A DNA stretch of 64,000 nt from a virus. The notes under the pieces are model-generated. The model was not told where the DNA came from. It was given only the letters and a program-made list of their open reading frames with translations, and made no database searches. The stretch covers positions 64,001 through 128,000 of IMG/VR virus record IMGVR_UViG_3300013102_000002, one strand, 5' to 3'. Below, piece by piece: positions 40,974 through 50,452 of this stretch. Both the position numbers and the translations under genes were made by a program. Each line of letters begins with the position of its first letter. The stretch's first letter is position 1.

Positions 40974-41363
40974 TTGGGCGATAGAATAATGGTTATCAAA
41001 GTTGAAATAGATCTGAAAAAAAAGGAATACATAACCGGGGAAGCCCAATGGCTAGAAGTAGAAAAAATATTGAATACAAGAGTTGAAAGAATAAAAGGAC
41101 GAGACAAAATCATAATCAATACTACAGAAGGGTTGTTTTTTTATAATGTACTAGCAGACAACTTCACATCTTTAATGTCGGAATTAAATGGATTTGAAAT
41201 AGCTGATAGAGGTGTAATCGTTAATCTTGAGAATGAGGTTGCTCTTGACCTAGATAAAAGAGTTATTGTATTTGAAGACTATCCTAGTATCATAGCTCCA
41301 GTGGGAGGATCACGACTTCCTGATATTAAGAAGTTAATAAAAAAATGGGTACTAAAAAAGTAG
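40974..41363 (+). CDS. Stand-alone LytTR DNA-binding domain protein (no receiver domain)
   Basis: GFEIADRGVIVNL..LDLDKRVIVF..VGGSRLPDIKK; GGAGG 8 nt before in-frame TTG 40974. Confidence 0.75.
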   Translation: MGDRIMVIKVEIDLKKKEYITGEAQWLEVEKILNTRVERIKGRDKIIINTTEGLFFYNVLADNFTSLMSELNGFEIADRGVIVNLENEVALDLDKRVIVFEDYPSIIAPVGGSRLPDIKKLIKKWVLKK

Positions 41364-41410
41364 TACTCATTAAAAAATAAATATATATAAGTTAAATCGT
41401 TAATCAACCA

Positions 41411-41462
41411 TTGCAATAAAGAAATATTAAATGTATAATTAATAAATAAGAACATTTGTTCC
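41411..41462 (+). promoter_or_regulatory. sigmaA promoter with LexA box near +1
   Basis: TTGCAA(41411)-17-TATAAT(41434); AGAAC-ATTT-GTTCC at 41449-41462. Confidence 0.75.
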
Positions 41463-41683
41463 TGTTTTCATCATCCGACACGAACCGACAAATTATAACC
41501 TCCGAAGAAAAATATGGCAATTGTCAACACTAAAGTTGTTGCACAATTATCGTATTGAAATAGTATCACATTAGATATATGATATATTTACCACTTATGA
41601 GTGAGGGAGCCGATGTCTATTTTTCAACTCAGATATGATAGTAGTAACAACGGGGAGCATTTCAAAAAAGAGGGGATACGCAC

Positions 41684-42076
41684 ATGCACTTATCAATGAT
41701 CAGAGAACTCTCGATGGCACTAAACGTTGATTCTAATGCTGCTGGTTTCTGGAATAACGTACGTTATCTATTTAAAACAGATGATGAGGTCAGGTCATTA
41801 CTGCATGAGTGTGCTGGGAAATCGAGAAGAGAAATAGATAAGTATATTTCAAAAGTAAGGAATGAAAAAATAAAAAAGTATCGTTTTCTGTCTTTAAATG
41901 ATTTTGTAAGTAGCTTCAATGTCGATAAGATTACTGCTCTCGAAAGGATGTTCCAAGAGCCAATTGATATTTCGAAACTATCCAAATTGACTACCAATGA
42001 CCCAACCCGCATATTCACTATACATAGCAACCTACCACTTGCGGTGTGGTTCATGAGTTTTGTAATCTATTTGTAG
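41684..42076 (+). CDS. Hypothetical protein (possibly SOS-regulated)
   Basis: GAGGGG RBS; first sizeable ORF after the LexA-box promoter. Confidence 0.65.
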   Translation: MHLSMIRELSMALNVDSNAAGFWNNVRYLFKTDDEVRSLLHECAGKSRREIDKYISKVRNEKIKKYRFLSLNDFVSSFNVDKITALERMFQEPIDISKLSKLTTNDPTRIFTIHSNLPLAVWFMSFVIYL

Positions 42077-42268
42077 TTGTAGTAGAGTATTTGTGAAATT
42101 ATGCACGTTATTGTAAGCCGGGAGTAAAATCCCGGTAAAACAATTTAATAAATAAATATATAAAAAGTATTGACGCATTTAAATTGACGGAGTATATTAA
42201 AGAAGAAGAGAGAAACAAACAAAAGCAAATCTTAATGAAGTTAATAATTTTATCAAGAAATTTAATGT

Positions 42269-42342
42269 GGGTCTTTCGTCTAATTGGTTAAGGCTTCTAT
42301 CTCATAAATAGAATAATGCCCGTTCAAGTCGGGTGAGACCCA
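42269..42342 (+). tRNA. tRNA with CAT anticodon (Ile2 or elongator Met); CCA not encoded
   Basis: Acceptor GGGTCTT/GAGACCC, D arm GTCT..AGGC, anticodon arm TCTAT-CTCATAA-ATAGA, T arm GCCCG-TTCAAGT-CGGGT. Confidence 0.9.
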
Positions 42343-42477
42343 TAGAATTAAAATGCCATGCGAAAGCATGTTGAATATATAGTCTTACGTAAGTGAGGTT
42401 ATAGATATTCTAATACTGAAAGGTGGTGAACCGACAAACTCAGTTTTGTACGATACATATAGAAGTGGGTAAGAATA

Positions 42478-43416
42478 ATGAGTTTACAACCAACATACGG
42501 AAATTTCGAAGTAAGAGGTATTGTAACCGGAATGTTAAACTCCAAAGCATATAGTGATGGAGACATGCAGGATGGACAATGGAACAGGGTTCAGTTTGGT
42601 GTAAAGGTTAGTAACAATGCGTTCGTTTATGTCGAACTAATGGGGAATAAAACAAGTAAGATAAAGATGTTTAAAATTGATCCAATGACGAAGAGATATG
42701 ATAAAAATAATCACATAATGGTTAACTGGGATGAAAAGTATAGTCAGAAGTATAATGGCTATAAATACTTCCAACCAGTAAAGATTAATCTTTTAGGGTT
42801 AGATGCCGAAGATGTTCAATTGATCGGATATGACGCTGCTGAATACATCAGAGATAACCTAAAAGATGGTACATACATATTGATCAAAGGTTCGTTACGA
42901 TTTAATGAATACAAAGGCGATACTCAAGAAAATTTTATCATCAAAGAAATATATATTATGGATCAGAATGAGTTATCAAATGAAGCTTATTTTGCCCAGG
43001 AGATTGTTTATATGGGAATTGAAGATATAAACAAGTCAAAGTGTAAAGTAAATTCAAAATTGATTGTTCGTAATTCCGATGGATTTGATATCATCCCCTA
43101 CTCTTTTTTCATTAATAATAAAGATAGTAAGATGAAAAGTGTTTATGATTACTTCAAAGATAATATTCAGATTGGATCAACTTTAAAAGTTCATGGTTTG
43201 ATTAGGAATTATGTTCCTATGACCTGGACATATGAAGGGCAAGAACTTATATGTGGTTCTGCGGTTAAAGAATTGGAGATTACAGGGGGGAATATATCTT
43301 CATTGGTTCAAGGCAGATATATTCCTGAAGAACTGGAATCGAACATTATTCAAGGTTCACCGTTTGAGGATGATTCGCAAACACATGATAAAGGAGTAAA
43401 CAAATTTGGGTTCTGA
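42478..43416 (+). CDS. Tandem-OB ssDNA-binding-like protein (paralog of the next gene)
   Basis: FEVRGIV, GSTLKVHGLI, KELEITGG, acidic tail ending FGF. Confidence 0.6.
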   Translation: MSLQPTYGNFEVRGIVTGMLNSKAYSDGDMQDGQWNRVQFGVKVSNNAFVYVELMGNKTSKIKMFKIDPMTKRYDKNNHIMVNWDEKYSQKYNGYKYFQPVKINLLGLDAEDVQLIGYDAAEYIRDNLKDGTYILIKGSLRFNEYKGDTQENFIIKEIYIMDQNELSNEAYFAQEIVYMGIEDINKSKCKVNSKLIVRNSDGFDIIPYSFFINNKDSKMKSVYDYFKDNIQIGSTLKVHGLIRNYVPMTWTYEGQELICGSAVKELEITGGNISSLVQGRYIPEELESNIIQGSPFEDDSQTHDKGVNKFGF

Positions 43417-43543
43417 TGAAAGGATGTGAGGGCATAGTCAATTCAATGCGAAGTCCACCGATGTAATGAAGTGCCGCAAAATTAACCTTATACTTAAAAC
43501 TTTAAAAAACTAAACTTATACATATGGGAGAGATAAATTAATA

Positions 43544-44560
43544 ATGACAACCGAAAACAAAAAACTTCAAGAGGGCATTAATAATATTCACATCGAAGGC
43601 CTGGTAAAGGAAATTCGTATTGAAGAAAAGCCCATCGGCGGAAAAGATGCTATTTCTGGAGAAATTGATATCCAAGTTACCCCAGATTCAATTCATACAA
43701 TCAACGTATTTTCCTATAAATTGACTCAAGAAGGTAAGGTTAGTGGATTGTATAAAACGCTCGTTACAATTCGAGATGAATACAAAACTATTGATGCAGA
43801 CGGAATTGATAATGCAGACAAGGTGCGAGTTGAAACATCGGGTAAATTTGACAACGGTAAAGTTAGCAAAAATGAATATGTTGGTCAAGATGGAGAATGG
43901 AAGTCGTTCCCTCGTCTGACTGCAAAATTTGTAAATCGCCTAAAGGCTGGAGAAGTATTTGAACCACAAGCAAAATTCAACCTGGAAGTTGCGGTTGCTG
44001 GAACTAAAGAAGAAGTTCGTAATAACGAAGAAACTGGACGGCTTATTCTTAAAGGCTATATTGTTAATTTTCAAGATCAGAAAGACGACTTTAAGAAGAT
44101 TTATCCGTTTGACTTCATTGTTGAAAATCCAACATCCGTAAAGTATGTTCAGAATAATTACGAAAAAGGTCAAACAGTTAAGATTCATGGGGATATCGTT
44201 AACAGCAAAATTGTCACCAAACGTCTTGTAGAAGTGGGATTTGGAGATCCTCAAGAAGAAATTGAGCGTAAAGAAGTACGTGAGTACATTATTGTTTCCG
44301 GTACACCTCCATATGACGAAGATGATAAAAATGCTTTTGATGCTGTACTTATTCGTGAAGCACTAAAAAAACGTGAAGCTGCAATTGAAAAGAAAAAAGA
44401 AGAAAAAGCAAATGGAAATAATAATTCATCAAATTCAAATGGTGGATTCGGTGGTTCAAGCTCTAGTCAGGCAAAGAATCTTCAAAATCCATTTGGGAAT
44501 GATCCGTTTTCGGGAGACGGTAAACCGCTAGACATTTCGGACGCAGACTTGCCGTTCTGA
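43544..44560 (+). CDS. Phage SSB-like protein (SPbeta YorF-like)
   Basis: NNIHIEGLVKE, KGQTVKIHGDI; Gly/Asn-rich linker and SSB-type C-terminal DISDADLPF. Confidence 0.75.
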   Translation: MTTENKKLQEGINNIHIEGLVKEIRIEEKPIGGKDAISGEIDIQVTPDSIHTINVFSYKLTQEGKVSGLYKTLVTIRDEYKTIDADGIDNADKVRVETSGKFDNGKVSKNEYVGQDGEWKSFPRLTAKFVNRLKAGEVFEPQAKFNLEVAVAGTKEEVRNNEETGRLILKGYIVNFQDQKDDFKKIYPFDFIVENPTSVKYVQNNYEKGQTVKIHGDIVNSKIVTKRLVEVGFGDPQEEIERKEVREYIIVSGTPPYDEDDKNAFDAVLIREALKKREAAIEKKKEEKANGNNNSSNSNGGFGGSSSSQAKNLQNPFGNDPFSGDGKPLDISDADLPF

Positions 44561-44658
44561 GTAACAAATAAAAATAAGATATGAGTAATTAAATTATGGG
44601 GCAGATTTAAAGTCTGCCCCAACCATAAAAAACATACATAGAGGAGATAGATATATAA

Positions 44659-45846
44659 ATGGCGATTGATATTTTTAATATTGAACCAACAGTGATTTCG
44701 CGCGACCTGAGAGGTAAGATTGTTACTTTTTATGGGGAATATAAAACAGGCAAAACGACAAACGCAGTGAAATTTCCCAAACATCTCCTTCTTGCAACAG
44801 AGGTTGGCTATAACGCTTTGGCGGGAGTCAAGGCACAAAAAATCAGCAAATGGTCGGATTTCAAGTCTGTGCTTAAACAACTTAAGAATCCTGGAGCTTC
44901 AGATATGTTTGAAACGGTCATTATTGATACCGCCGATATCCTATATGATCTTTGCGAGAAGTTTATTCTGAACCGTGAAGGCGTAGATAAAATTGGGGAT
45001 ATTCCTTATGGGCAAGGATATGGAATGGTAGAAAAAGAATACGATGAGGGTCTGCGCGAAATTCCGCTGCTTGGGTTCGGACTTGTAATGATTAGTCACT
45101 CAGAGGACAAAACATTTAAAGATGAGCATGGAGAAGAATATAATAAAATCGTTCCAACCCTTCCTAAGAAGCCGCGCAAAATTGTTCTTCGTATGAGCGA
45201 CATTATTGCTTTTAGTAAGTCGATTGATACAGAGACTGGGACAAAAACAGCCTTGTATATGCGAGGAACTACAAGATTTGAAGCAGGGAGCCGATTCAAA
45301 TATACACCAGATGTTATCGAATTCACTTATGATAATCTAGTAAATGCTATTGCTGATGCGATTGAAAAACAAGAACTTGAAGATGGAGCAACAGTTGTAG
45401 CGGAGCATATTAACAATTATGAAGATAAAGAAATCAGAAGTTTCGAAACAGTGTTTAATAATATTCAAGACATGGGCAACAATCTCGTTGGAATCGGTAA
45501 AATTGCCGAAGTTAACAAGGTAGTTGAAGGTTATCTCGGTAAGGGTAAAAATATTAAAGATACAACAGAAGAGCAACTCGATATTCTTGTTCTGATTGAA
45601 GATGATCTAAAAGACATTGCTGAAAAGTATAAATCACAGTTTATTGACTTTAGTAAATATGATTTCGATGCGCTGAAGAAAGAAATTATTGCTAATGGTA
45701 AGAGACTATTCGATCTTGGTAAAAACTCGGAAGTAACAAAGTCAATTGAAAAACACCTTGGAGTAGGGAAGAAAGTAACTGACTTTGCAAAAGAACATGT
45801 TGTTCTTATGACAACAATTTTGGAAGAATTAAAGGCTGTAAAGTAA
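44659..45846 (+). CDS. yorG: AAA_24/Sak4-like ATPase (SPbeta YorG-like recombination protein)
   Basis: MAIDIFN, FYGEYKTGKTT, VIIDTAD, IPYGQGY, LVMISH, FEAGSRF. Confidence 0.8.
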   Translation: MAIDIFNIEPTVISRDLRGKIVTFYGEYKTGKTTNAVKFPKHLLLATEVGYNALAGVKAQKISKWSDFKSVLKQLKNPGASDMFETVIIDTADILYDLCEKFILNREGVDKIGDIPYGQGYGMVEKEYDEGLREIPLLGFGLVMISHSEDKTFKDEHGEEYNKIVPTLPKKPRKIVLRMSDIIAFSKSIDTETGTKTALYMRGTTRFEAGSRFKYTPDVIEFTYDNLVNAIADAIEKQELEDGATVVAEHINNYEDKEIRSFETVFNNIQDMGNNLVGIGKIAEVNKVVEGYLGKGKNIKDTTEEQLDILVLIEDDLKDIAEKYKSQFIDFSKYDFDALKKEIIANGKRLFDLGKNSEVTKSIEKHLGVGKKVTDFAKEHVVLMTTILEELKAVK

Positions 45847-45937
45847 GACCTAATAAAAGACAGATTTCATGAGGATTTAATGTCTATATATGGTGTATTA
45901 TAAACAAATATACACCATATATAGATGAAATATTAAT

Positions 45938-46309
45938 ATGATGGAGGATAATATGGATAAGCATACACATAACGTGAGTGTTAGTAATCACAATCACGGC
46001 TTTGATATTGGCGGAATTACTATCAGAGACACATCTAGTGCATTGGCGAGTATTTGGGACAGTGTTGCATATAAAACAACCAACAAAAAGGAGAATGAAA
46101 ATATGGAAACTTTGTATCAAGTAACTGTAGTAGCAAAAAATAAGGAAATTATCCTTGATAAAGAATCAGTTGTGGCGGTCGATCAAGAAAATGCTAAATT
46201 CATGGTGGGTCTTTATGGAATTTTGGCAGACAGAGAACTGACTCCAGCAGATGTAACGGTTATTGTAACGGCAATTGGTCAAGTTAAAATCGAAAAAGAA
46301 TCTAAGTAA
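45938..46309 (+). CDS. Hypothetical protein
   Basis: ORF; internal RBS suggests a possible start near 46103. Confidence 0.55.
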   Translation: MMEDNMDKHTHNVSVSNHNHGFDIGGITIRDTSSALASIWDSVAYKTTNKKENENMETLYQVTVVAKNKEIILDKESVVAVDQENAKFMVGLYGILADRELTPADVTVIVTAIGQVKIEKESK

Positions 46310-46377
46310 TCATTACATAAGAATAAAAATACATAGCCTCACTGTAATGGTGGGGCTATATCTAAAACACGGAGGTT

Positions 46378-46923
46378 ATGATGCTGAACGCAATTATCGC
46401 CCTGATATTCTCATTTGCTCTGGCTCACTCAGGGATCAATGAACAAGCGGTCGGGGAAAACAAAGAAACTATGCCAATTGAAAAGAAAGTCGTCCAGACG
46501 GTTAAGGTTGAGAATGAAAAGAAAGTTGCAAAGGTTGAACCAAAAGAAATTTCAACAATTGCTGAAGAATACAAAGATTTTGAACAAGAATTAACGCCAG
46601 ATAGTACATGGGATACATATATTATTACTGCGTATGAGAATGGTGTAAGCTCTACAGGGAAGCGTCCAGGAGACAAGGGGTATTCGATTACTAGGTCAGG
46701 CAAAAAGACCGTGCAAGGCGTTACAGCGGCTGGAGATTTGAGTAAATTACCACTTGGAACAATAGTTTATATCGAATCAATTGGGTATCGCACAATACTT
46801 GATTCAGGGTCAAAAGTAAAAAATAAACATATTGATGTATTTATGGAGTCATATGATGATTGTATGGAGTTTGGGCGGCAGAAGCTTAAGGTCAAAATCA
46901 TTAAAATGGGAGAGTTGGATTAA
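46378..46923 (+). CDS. Secreted 3D-domain (cell-wall lytic transglycosylase-like) protein
   Basis: Signal peptide; ITAY..TRSG..AAGD..LPLGTIVYI..DSGSKVKNKHIDVF. Confidence 0.85.
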   Translation: MMLNAIIALIFSFALAHSGINEQAVGENKETMPIEKKVVQTVKVENEKKVAKVEPKEISTIAEEYKDFEQELTPDSTWDTYIITAYENGVSSTGKRPGDKGYSITRSGKKTVQGVTAAGDLSKLPLGTIVYIESIGYRTILDSGSKVKNKHIDVFMESYDDCMEFGRQKLKVKIIKMGELD

Positions 46924-47468
46924 TGAAGAATAAAGTTTTCGTACTCATGGCCTACAGCGGTGCGGGGAAGACGGAGATTGCTAAAGAGTTAGAAAAACAC
47001 GGTTACGATGTTTTGCAGTCGTATACAACGAGACAGCCGCGCTACAAAGGCGAATACGGGCACATGTTCTGTTCGGTAGAGGAATATGAACAGTTTGAGA
47101 AAAACGGTGAAGTTGCTGCGTATAGTTTGATTGAGGGGAATCATTATTTTAGCACAAAAGATCAGATTAAAAACAGTAAAAACAACCTCATTTATGTTTG
47201 CGATCCAGATGGAATCAAAGACCTTAAAGAAAAAGTTCCAGATGTTGAGTTTATCACAATCTACATCAAAGTAGATAAAAAAACTCGTTGGAGACGGATG
47301 GTAGAACGTGGAGATAGCACAGATAAAATTCTTAGTCGAGTTACAACTGATGGAATTAAGTTTGCAAAAAAACGCTTTGATTACCAAGTCATCAATTATG
47401 AATTTGATAAAGCAGTAAAGATAATCAAGAATATTATTGAGGTGGAAAACGAACAACCATTAAATTAA
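46923..47468 (+). CDS. gmk: Guanylate kinase-like NMP kinase
   Basis: AYSGAGKT, SYTTRQPR..GEYGHMF, DPDG, RMVERGD. Confidence 0.8.
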   Translation: MKNKVFVLMAYSGAGKTEIAKELEKHGYDVLQSYTTRQPRYKGEYGHMFCSVEEYEQFEKNGEVAAYSLIEGNHYFSTKDQIKNSKNNLIYVCDPDGIKDLKEKVPDVEFITIYIKVDKKTRWRRMVERGDSTDKILSRVTTDGIKFAKKRFDYQVINYEFDKAVKIIKNIIEVENEQPLN

Positions 47469-47675
47469 AAAGGGAAGTGATGATATGTTTCCTGTTGATT
47501 TAGAAATTTTCAAGGACGTTCTTGATGCGGTTGTTAGTGGAGACTATACATATAGCGAGTTGTTGGAGTTAAGAGACAAGTTGAAAGACGTAGCGGACTA
47601 TGTAGAACGGTTGTTAGATGAAGAGTAAATGATGATAAAACTGTTAATTTATGAAGAAATTAAAGGAGGATAAAA

Positions 47676-47882
47676 ATGGATAAATATGAAGTAGGATCAA
47701 AAGTGATGTTGCTTGAAAGTAGTTATGCAGAAAATTTGGGGATCACAGGAATGACCGGATACATTATTGATGAAGATAGTGATCATTATGATTATGCAGT
47801 AGAATATTCTCTTCCAAAACTGAATAGAAAAATGAAGGACTTTTTCAATCACAAAGAACTAACTTTAGTCACTGAGGATTAA
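47676..47882 (+). CDS. Small SH3-like protein
   Basis: KYEVGSKVML; AAGGAG RBS. Confidence 0.65.
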   Translation: MDKYEVGSKVMLLESSYAENLGITGMTGYIIDEDSDHYDYAVEYSLPKLNRKMKDFFNHKELTLVTED

Positions 47883-47884
47883 TA

Positions 47885-48190
47885 ATGAACAAACCTAAGA
47901 AAAAATTGGTACTAGGGGAGAATAAAATGGAAACGAAACTTGGCGAATGGGCTGAAAGTATTAATGCCTTTTGGTGTGGTGGGAATGGTATGGAATGTGT
48001 TGCACGAAAAGGGGCTTTAGAGGTACTTGTTTATGACTGCGACCAGTATCCATGTCCACCGAATTACGTAGTTTTGTTGGGGATGGGGCGAAGAATTAGA
48101 ACGCTGGATGATTTCAACGAAGCATTAACCAGTGGAGTACGGATGAAAGCGACTTATGAAAAAGCTGGAACTGGAGCATTTGGAGATTAA
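47885..48190 (+). CDS. Hypothetical protein
   Basis: ORF ending at palindrome 48198. Confidence 0.6.
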   Translation: MNKPKKKLVLGENKMETKLGEWAESINAFWCGGNGMECVARKGALEVLVYDCDQYPCPPNYVVLLGMGRRIRTLDDFNEALTSGVRMKATYEKAGTGAFGD

Positions 48191-48239
48191 TTTCTTGATA
48201 AAAACCGCATTTTATTTGAATATTTAAGGAGATGGTAGA

Positions 48240-48506
48240 GTGGATATTTTTCAAACTATTCAGAAGAAAGTAAATAAAATTGCCAAAGAGACATATAAAT
48301 TGGATGAAGATCCGCCAGAATTCATCGTCAGTCTATTATATGAAAAGGCAGAAAACGGCGCAAAGGATATTGATCATAAAATTATCCTAACCATTAAACA
48401 TTGTGGATTTTCATTTAGCAAAGTGATTTTTCCTCAAACATCGCAAAGATACGGTTATGAATCTTTAGAAGAAGAAATGAAATATATGTATAACAAAACG
48501 ATGTAA
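48240..48506 (+). CDS. Hypothetical protein
   Basis: AAGGAG RBS. Confidence 0.65.
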   Translation: MDIFQTIQKKVNKIAKETYKLDEDPPEFIVSLLYEKAENGAKDIDHKIILTIKHCGFSFSKVIFPQTSQRYGYESLEEEMKYMYNKTM

Positions 48507-48670
48507 GAGGTGAATCATGAGCATTGATAAAGATGGTTTTGGTAACGAAGTATGTTCTAAGTGTGGAGAAGAGATATATAACTCAGAGACATTGAGTAGG
48601 TGTTTGAGATGTGGGAAATCGACTCCCAGAGAAATGAGCGGTAAGGAATATTATAAGAATAAATATATGG

Positions 48671-49048
48671 ATGGTGAAAATAATGAAAATTGAAGTGCCG
48701 CTATATAAGGAATCAGAAAAGTATATCAAAGAAACTTTTTCACGATACACCGAGAGTAGGGAGTTGCCATTTTCATTGACACTTGACAATTGCATTATCC
48801 ATATGTATCCGCACAGTGATACATACGATGATAATGGCGAATTGAATGGTTATGTTGATGCCTTGTTTTTTAGAGCACATATATACGATGTGAAAAATGG
48901 TGTAGTTTATAAATCTGAAATTCACGATGCAATTTTTACTGAAGCAAACTGTCAAATTAAATATTTTAAAGACATGAGTACAATGGTTCATTTTGAGAGA
49001 CCAATTAATATAATTATGGGCAGAGCAATTCACGTAATGAGTGTTTGA
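48671..49048 (+). CDS. Hypothetical protein
   Basis: 125-aa ORF. Confidence 0.65.
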   Translation: MVKIMKIEVPLYKESEKYIKETFSRYTESRELPFSLTLDNCIIHMYPHSDTYDDNGELNGYVDALFFRAHIYDVKNGVVYKSEIHDAIFTEANCQIKYFKDMSTMVHFERPINIIMGRAIHVMSV

Positions 49049-49095
49049 TAATGGTTAATAAAATAAGGAATTGATTAGGAAAGGAGGGCTGCTTA

Positions 49096-49284
49096 ATGGA
49101 ACTGAATGGAATATATGTAGTTTTATTTAAACATCCAGATGATAATACAAGTTCTTGTCATCATTACAGGTTTGAAGGCAGGTGTGAGAACTTTGTTACA
49201 ATAGGTACTTGTGCTTTTTCAAATGACAAAAAAGAAATGCTATTAGTTAACTATAGAGATATAGTTCAGATGAGATTAAAATAA
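49096..49284 (+). CDS. Hypothetical protein
   Basis: AAGGAGG RBS. Confidence 0.65.
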   Translation: MELNGIYVVLFKHPDDNTSSCHHYRFEGRCENFVTIGTCAFSNDKKEMLLVNYRDIVQMRLK

Positions 49285-49332
49285 CGCCTTACCAAATGGA
49301 TCTTTTAAATAGAAAGGATGAAATAAATACAC

Positions 49333-49614
49333 ATGAGTGAAACTAAAGTAGTTAATAAATATCACAAATTACCATATGACATCTATTGCGGCAGAGGATC
49401 TAAATGGGGAAACCCATTTGTTATAGGCAAGGACGGAGATAGAGATGAAGTGTGTGATAAATACGAAGAGTGGTTTCCTAGTCAAGAACACTTGGTCAAA
49501 GACCTGCATGAGTTAAAAGGGAAAACTTTGTGCTGCTTCTGTAAGCCTAAGAGGTGTCATGTTGATTTTTTAGCAAAAAGGGCAGATGAAACTAGAAAGG
49601 AAAGTGCCAATTGA
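49333..49614 (+). CDS. DUF4326 family protein
   Basis: YDIYCGRGSKWGNPF..ELKGKTLCCFCKPKRCHVD. Confidence 0.85.
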   Translation: MSETKVVNKYHKLPYDIYCGRGSKWGNPFVIGKDGDRDEVCDKYEEWFPSQEHLVKDLHELKGKTLCCFCKPKRCHVDFLAKRADETRKESAN

Positions 49615-49793
49615 AAGAACTTATGGCTTACGTAAACATGATTAAAGATGTTCTGGATCGTGAATATGGGAAAGAAGTTATCTTCTATAGTGAAGGAGAG
49701 TGGTATTCAAGAGACCACTCTAGAAATATTACTGTTGAAGAACTAAGAGAATACCTGCTACAGCAAACATATAAAGGTGAGGATGCTTATTGA
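49611..49793 (+). CDS. Hypothetical protein
   Basis: TTGA overlap with the upstream gene. Confidence 0.6.
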   Translation: MKELMAYVNMIKDVLDREYGKEVIFYSEGEWYSRDHSRNITVEELREYLLQQTYKGEDAY

Positions 49794-49836
49794 GTCTTAA
49801 TGAATTCATCATTTCACGGAGAAAGGGAGAGGTAAC

Positions 49837-50073
49837 ATGAACGAATTTGAAGAATTAAAAGAGTATGAAGAGGATTATTTAAAAAGTAATTGGTCTCGTA
49901 TGGACTTATTTTTAGCAGAAAAAATTAAAATGCAAAGTAGTGAGTTGGAGAACTTGAGGAAGTTTTATAGTTATTTTCGTGAATTGTATGGCGAAGGTCT
50001 GGAGGTAGCAAATTGGCACAAAAACGGAGATCTGGAACCATTTGATAACCTCTTTGATTCCGCCGAAGAGTGA
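49837..50073 (+). CDS. Hypothetical protein
   Basis: GGAGAGG RBS; palindromes on both sides. Confidence 0.65.
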   Translation: MNEFEELKEYEEDYLKSNWSRMDLFLAEKIKMQSSELENLRKFYSYFRELYGEGLEVANWHKNGDLEPFDNLFDSAEE

Positions 50074-50107
50074 TAAAATAAAACTTTTATGAGGAGATGA
50101 GAAAAAT

Positions 50108-50419
50108 ATGAATATTAAACAAGTAGAAAAAATTAATGATTATTCAGCATGTACCGGAGACTTGCTTCTAACTAAAGATTCTAATGGGACAGAGCAATAT
50201 TTATTATTTTGCGAATCTGATGCAAGTATAGTCTTTGACGAAGAAAGATTCAGCAAATTTTATTTTGTAAATATTAAATCAGGGTATATGTTTGAACAAG
50301 AATTGCATAGCGACGATGAAATTAAAGTGGGAACTAAGATTAATGGGTGTGGAGCAATTATTAAGATCGTACCCAGTGATGATATCGAAGTGTTATTGCA
50401 CGAGTCTAAATATAATTAA
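50108..50419 (+). CDS. Hypothetical protein, paralog of 52339..52620
   Basis: Shared AxTGDLL..EqYxLFxE..KxG..IKxGTxI..GxI. Confidence 0.7.
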   Translation: MNIKQVEKINDYSACTGDLLLTKDSNGTEQYLLFCESDASIVFDEERFSKFYFVNIKSGYMFEQELHSDDEIKVGTKINGCGAIIKIVPSDDIEVLLHESKYN

Positions 50420-50452
50420 ATTTTGATTAATAGTTGAGAGGAGAAGGAGTTA

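Noticed and set aside
42235-42253. Extra copy of the junction palindrome before the tRNA
   Set aside because: The spacer is 7 nt and the left arm is degenerate; not counted, and weak matches at 23028, 49291, 50410 and 51817 were also left out
42269-42342. Initiator tRNA-fMet
   Set aside because: It has a G1-C72 pair and lacks the three consecutive G-C pairs in the anticodon stem
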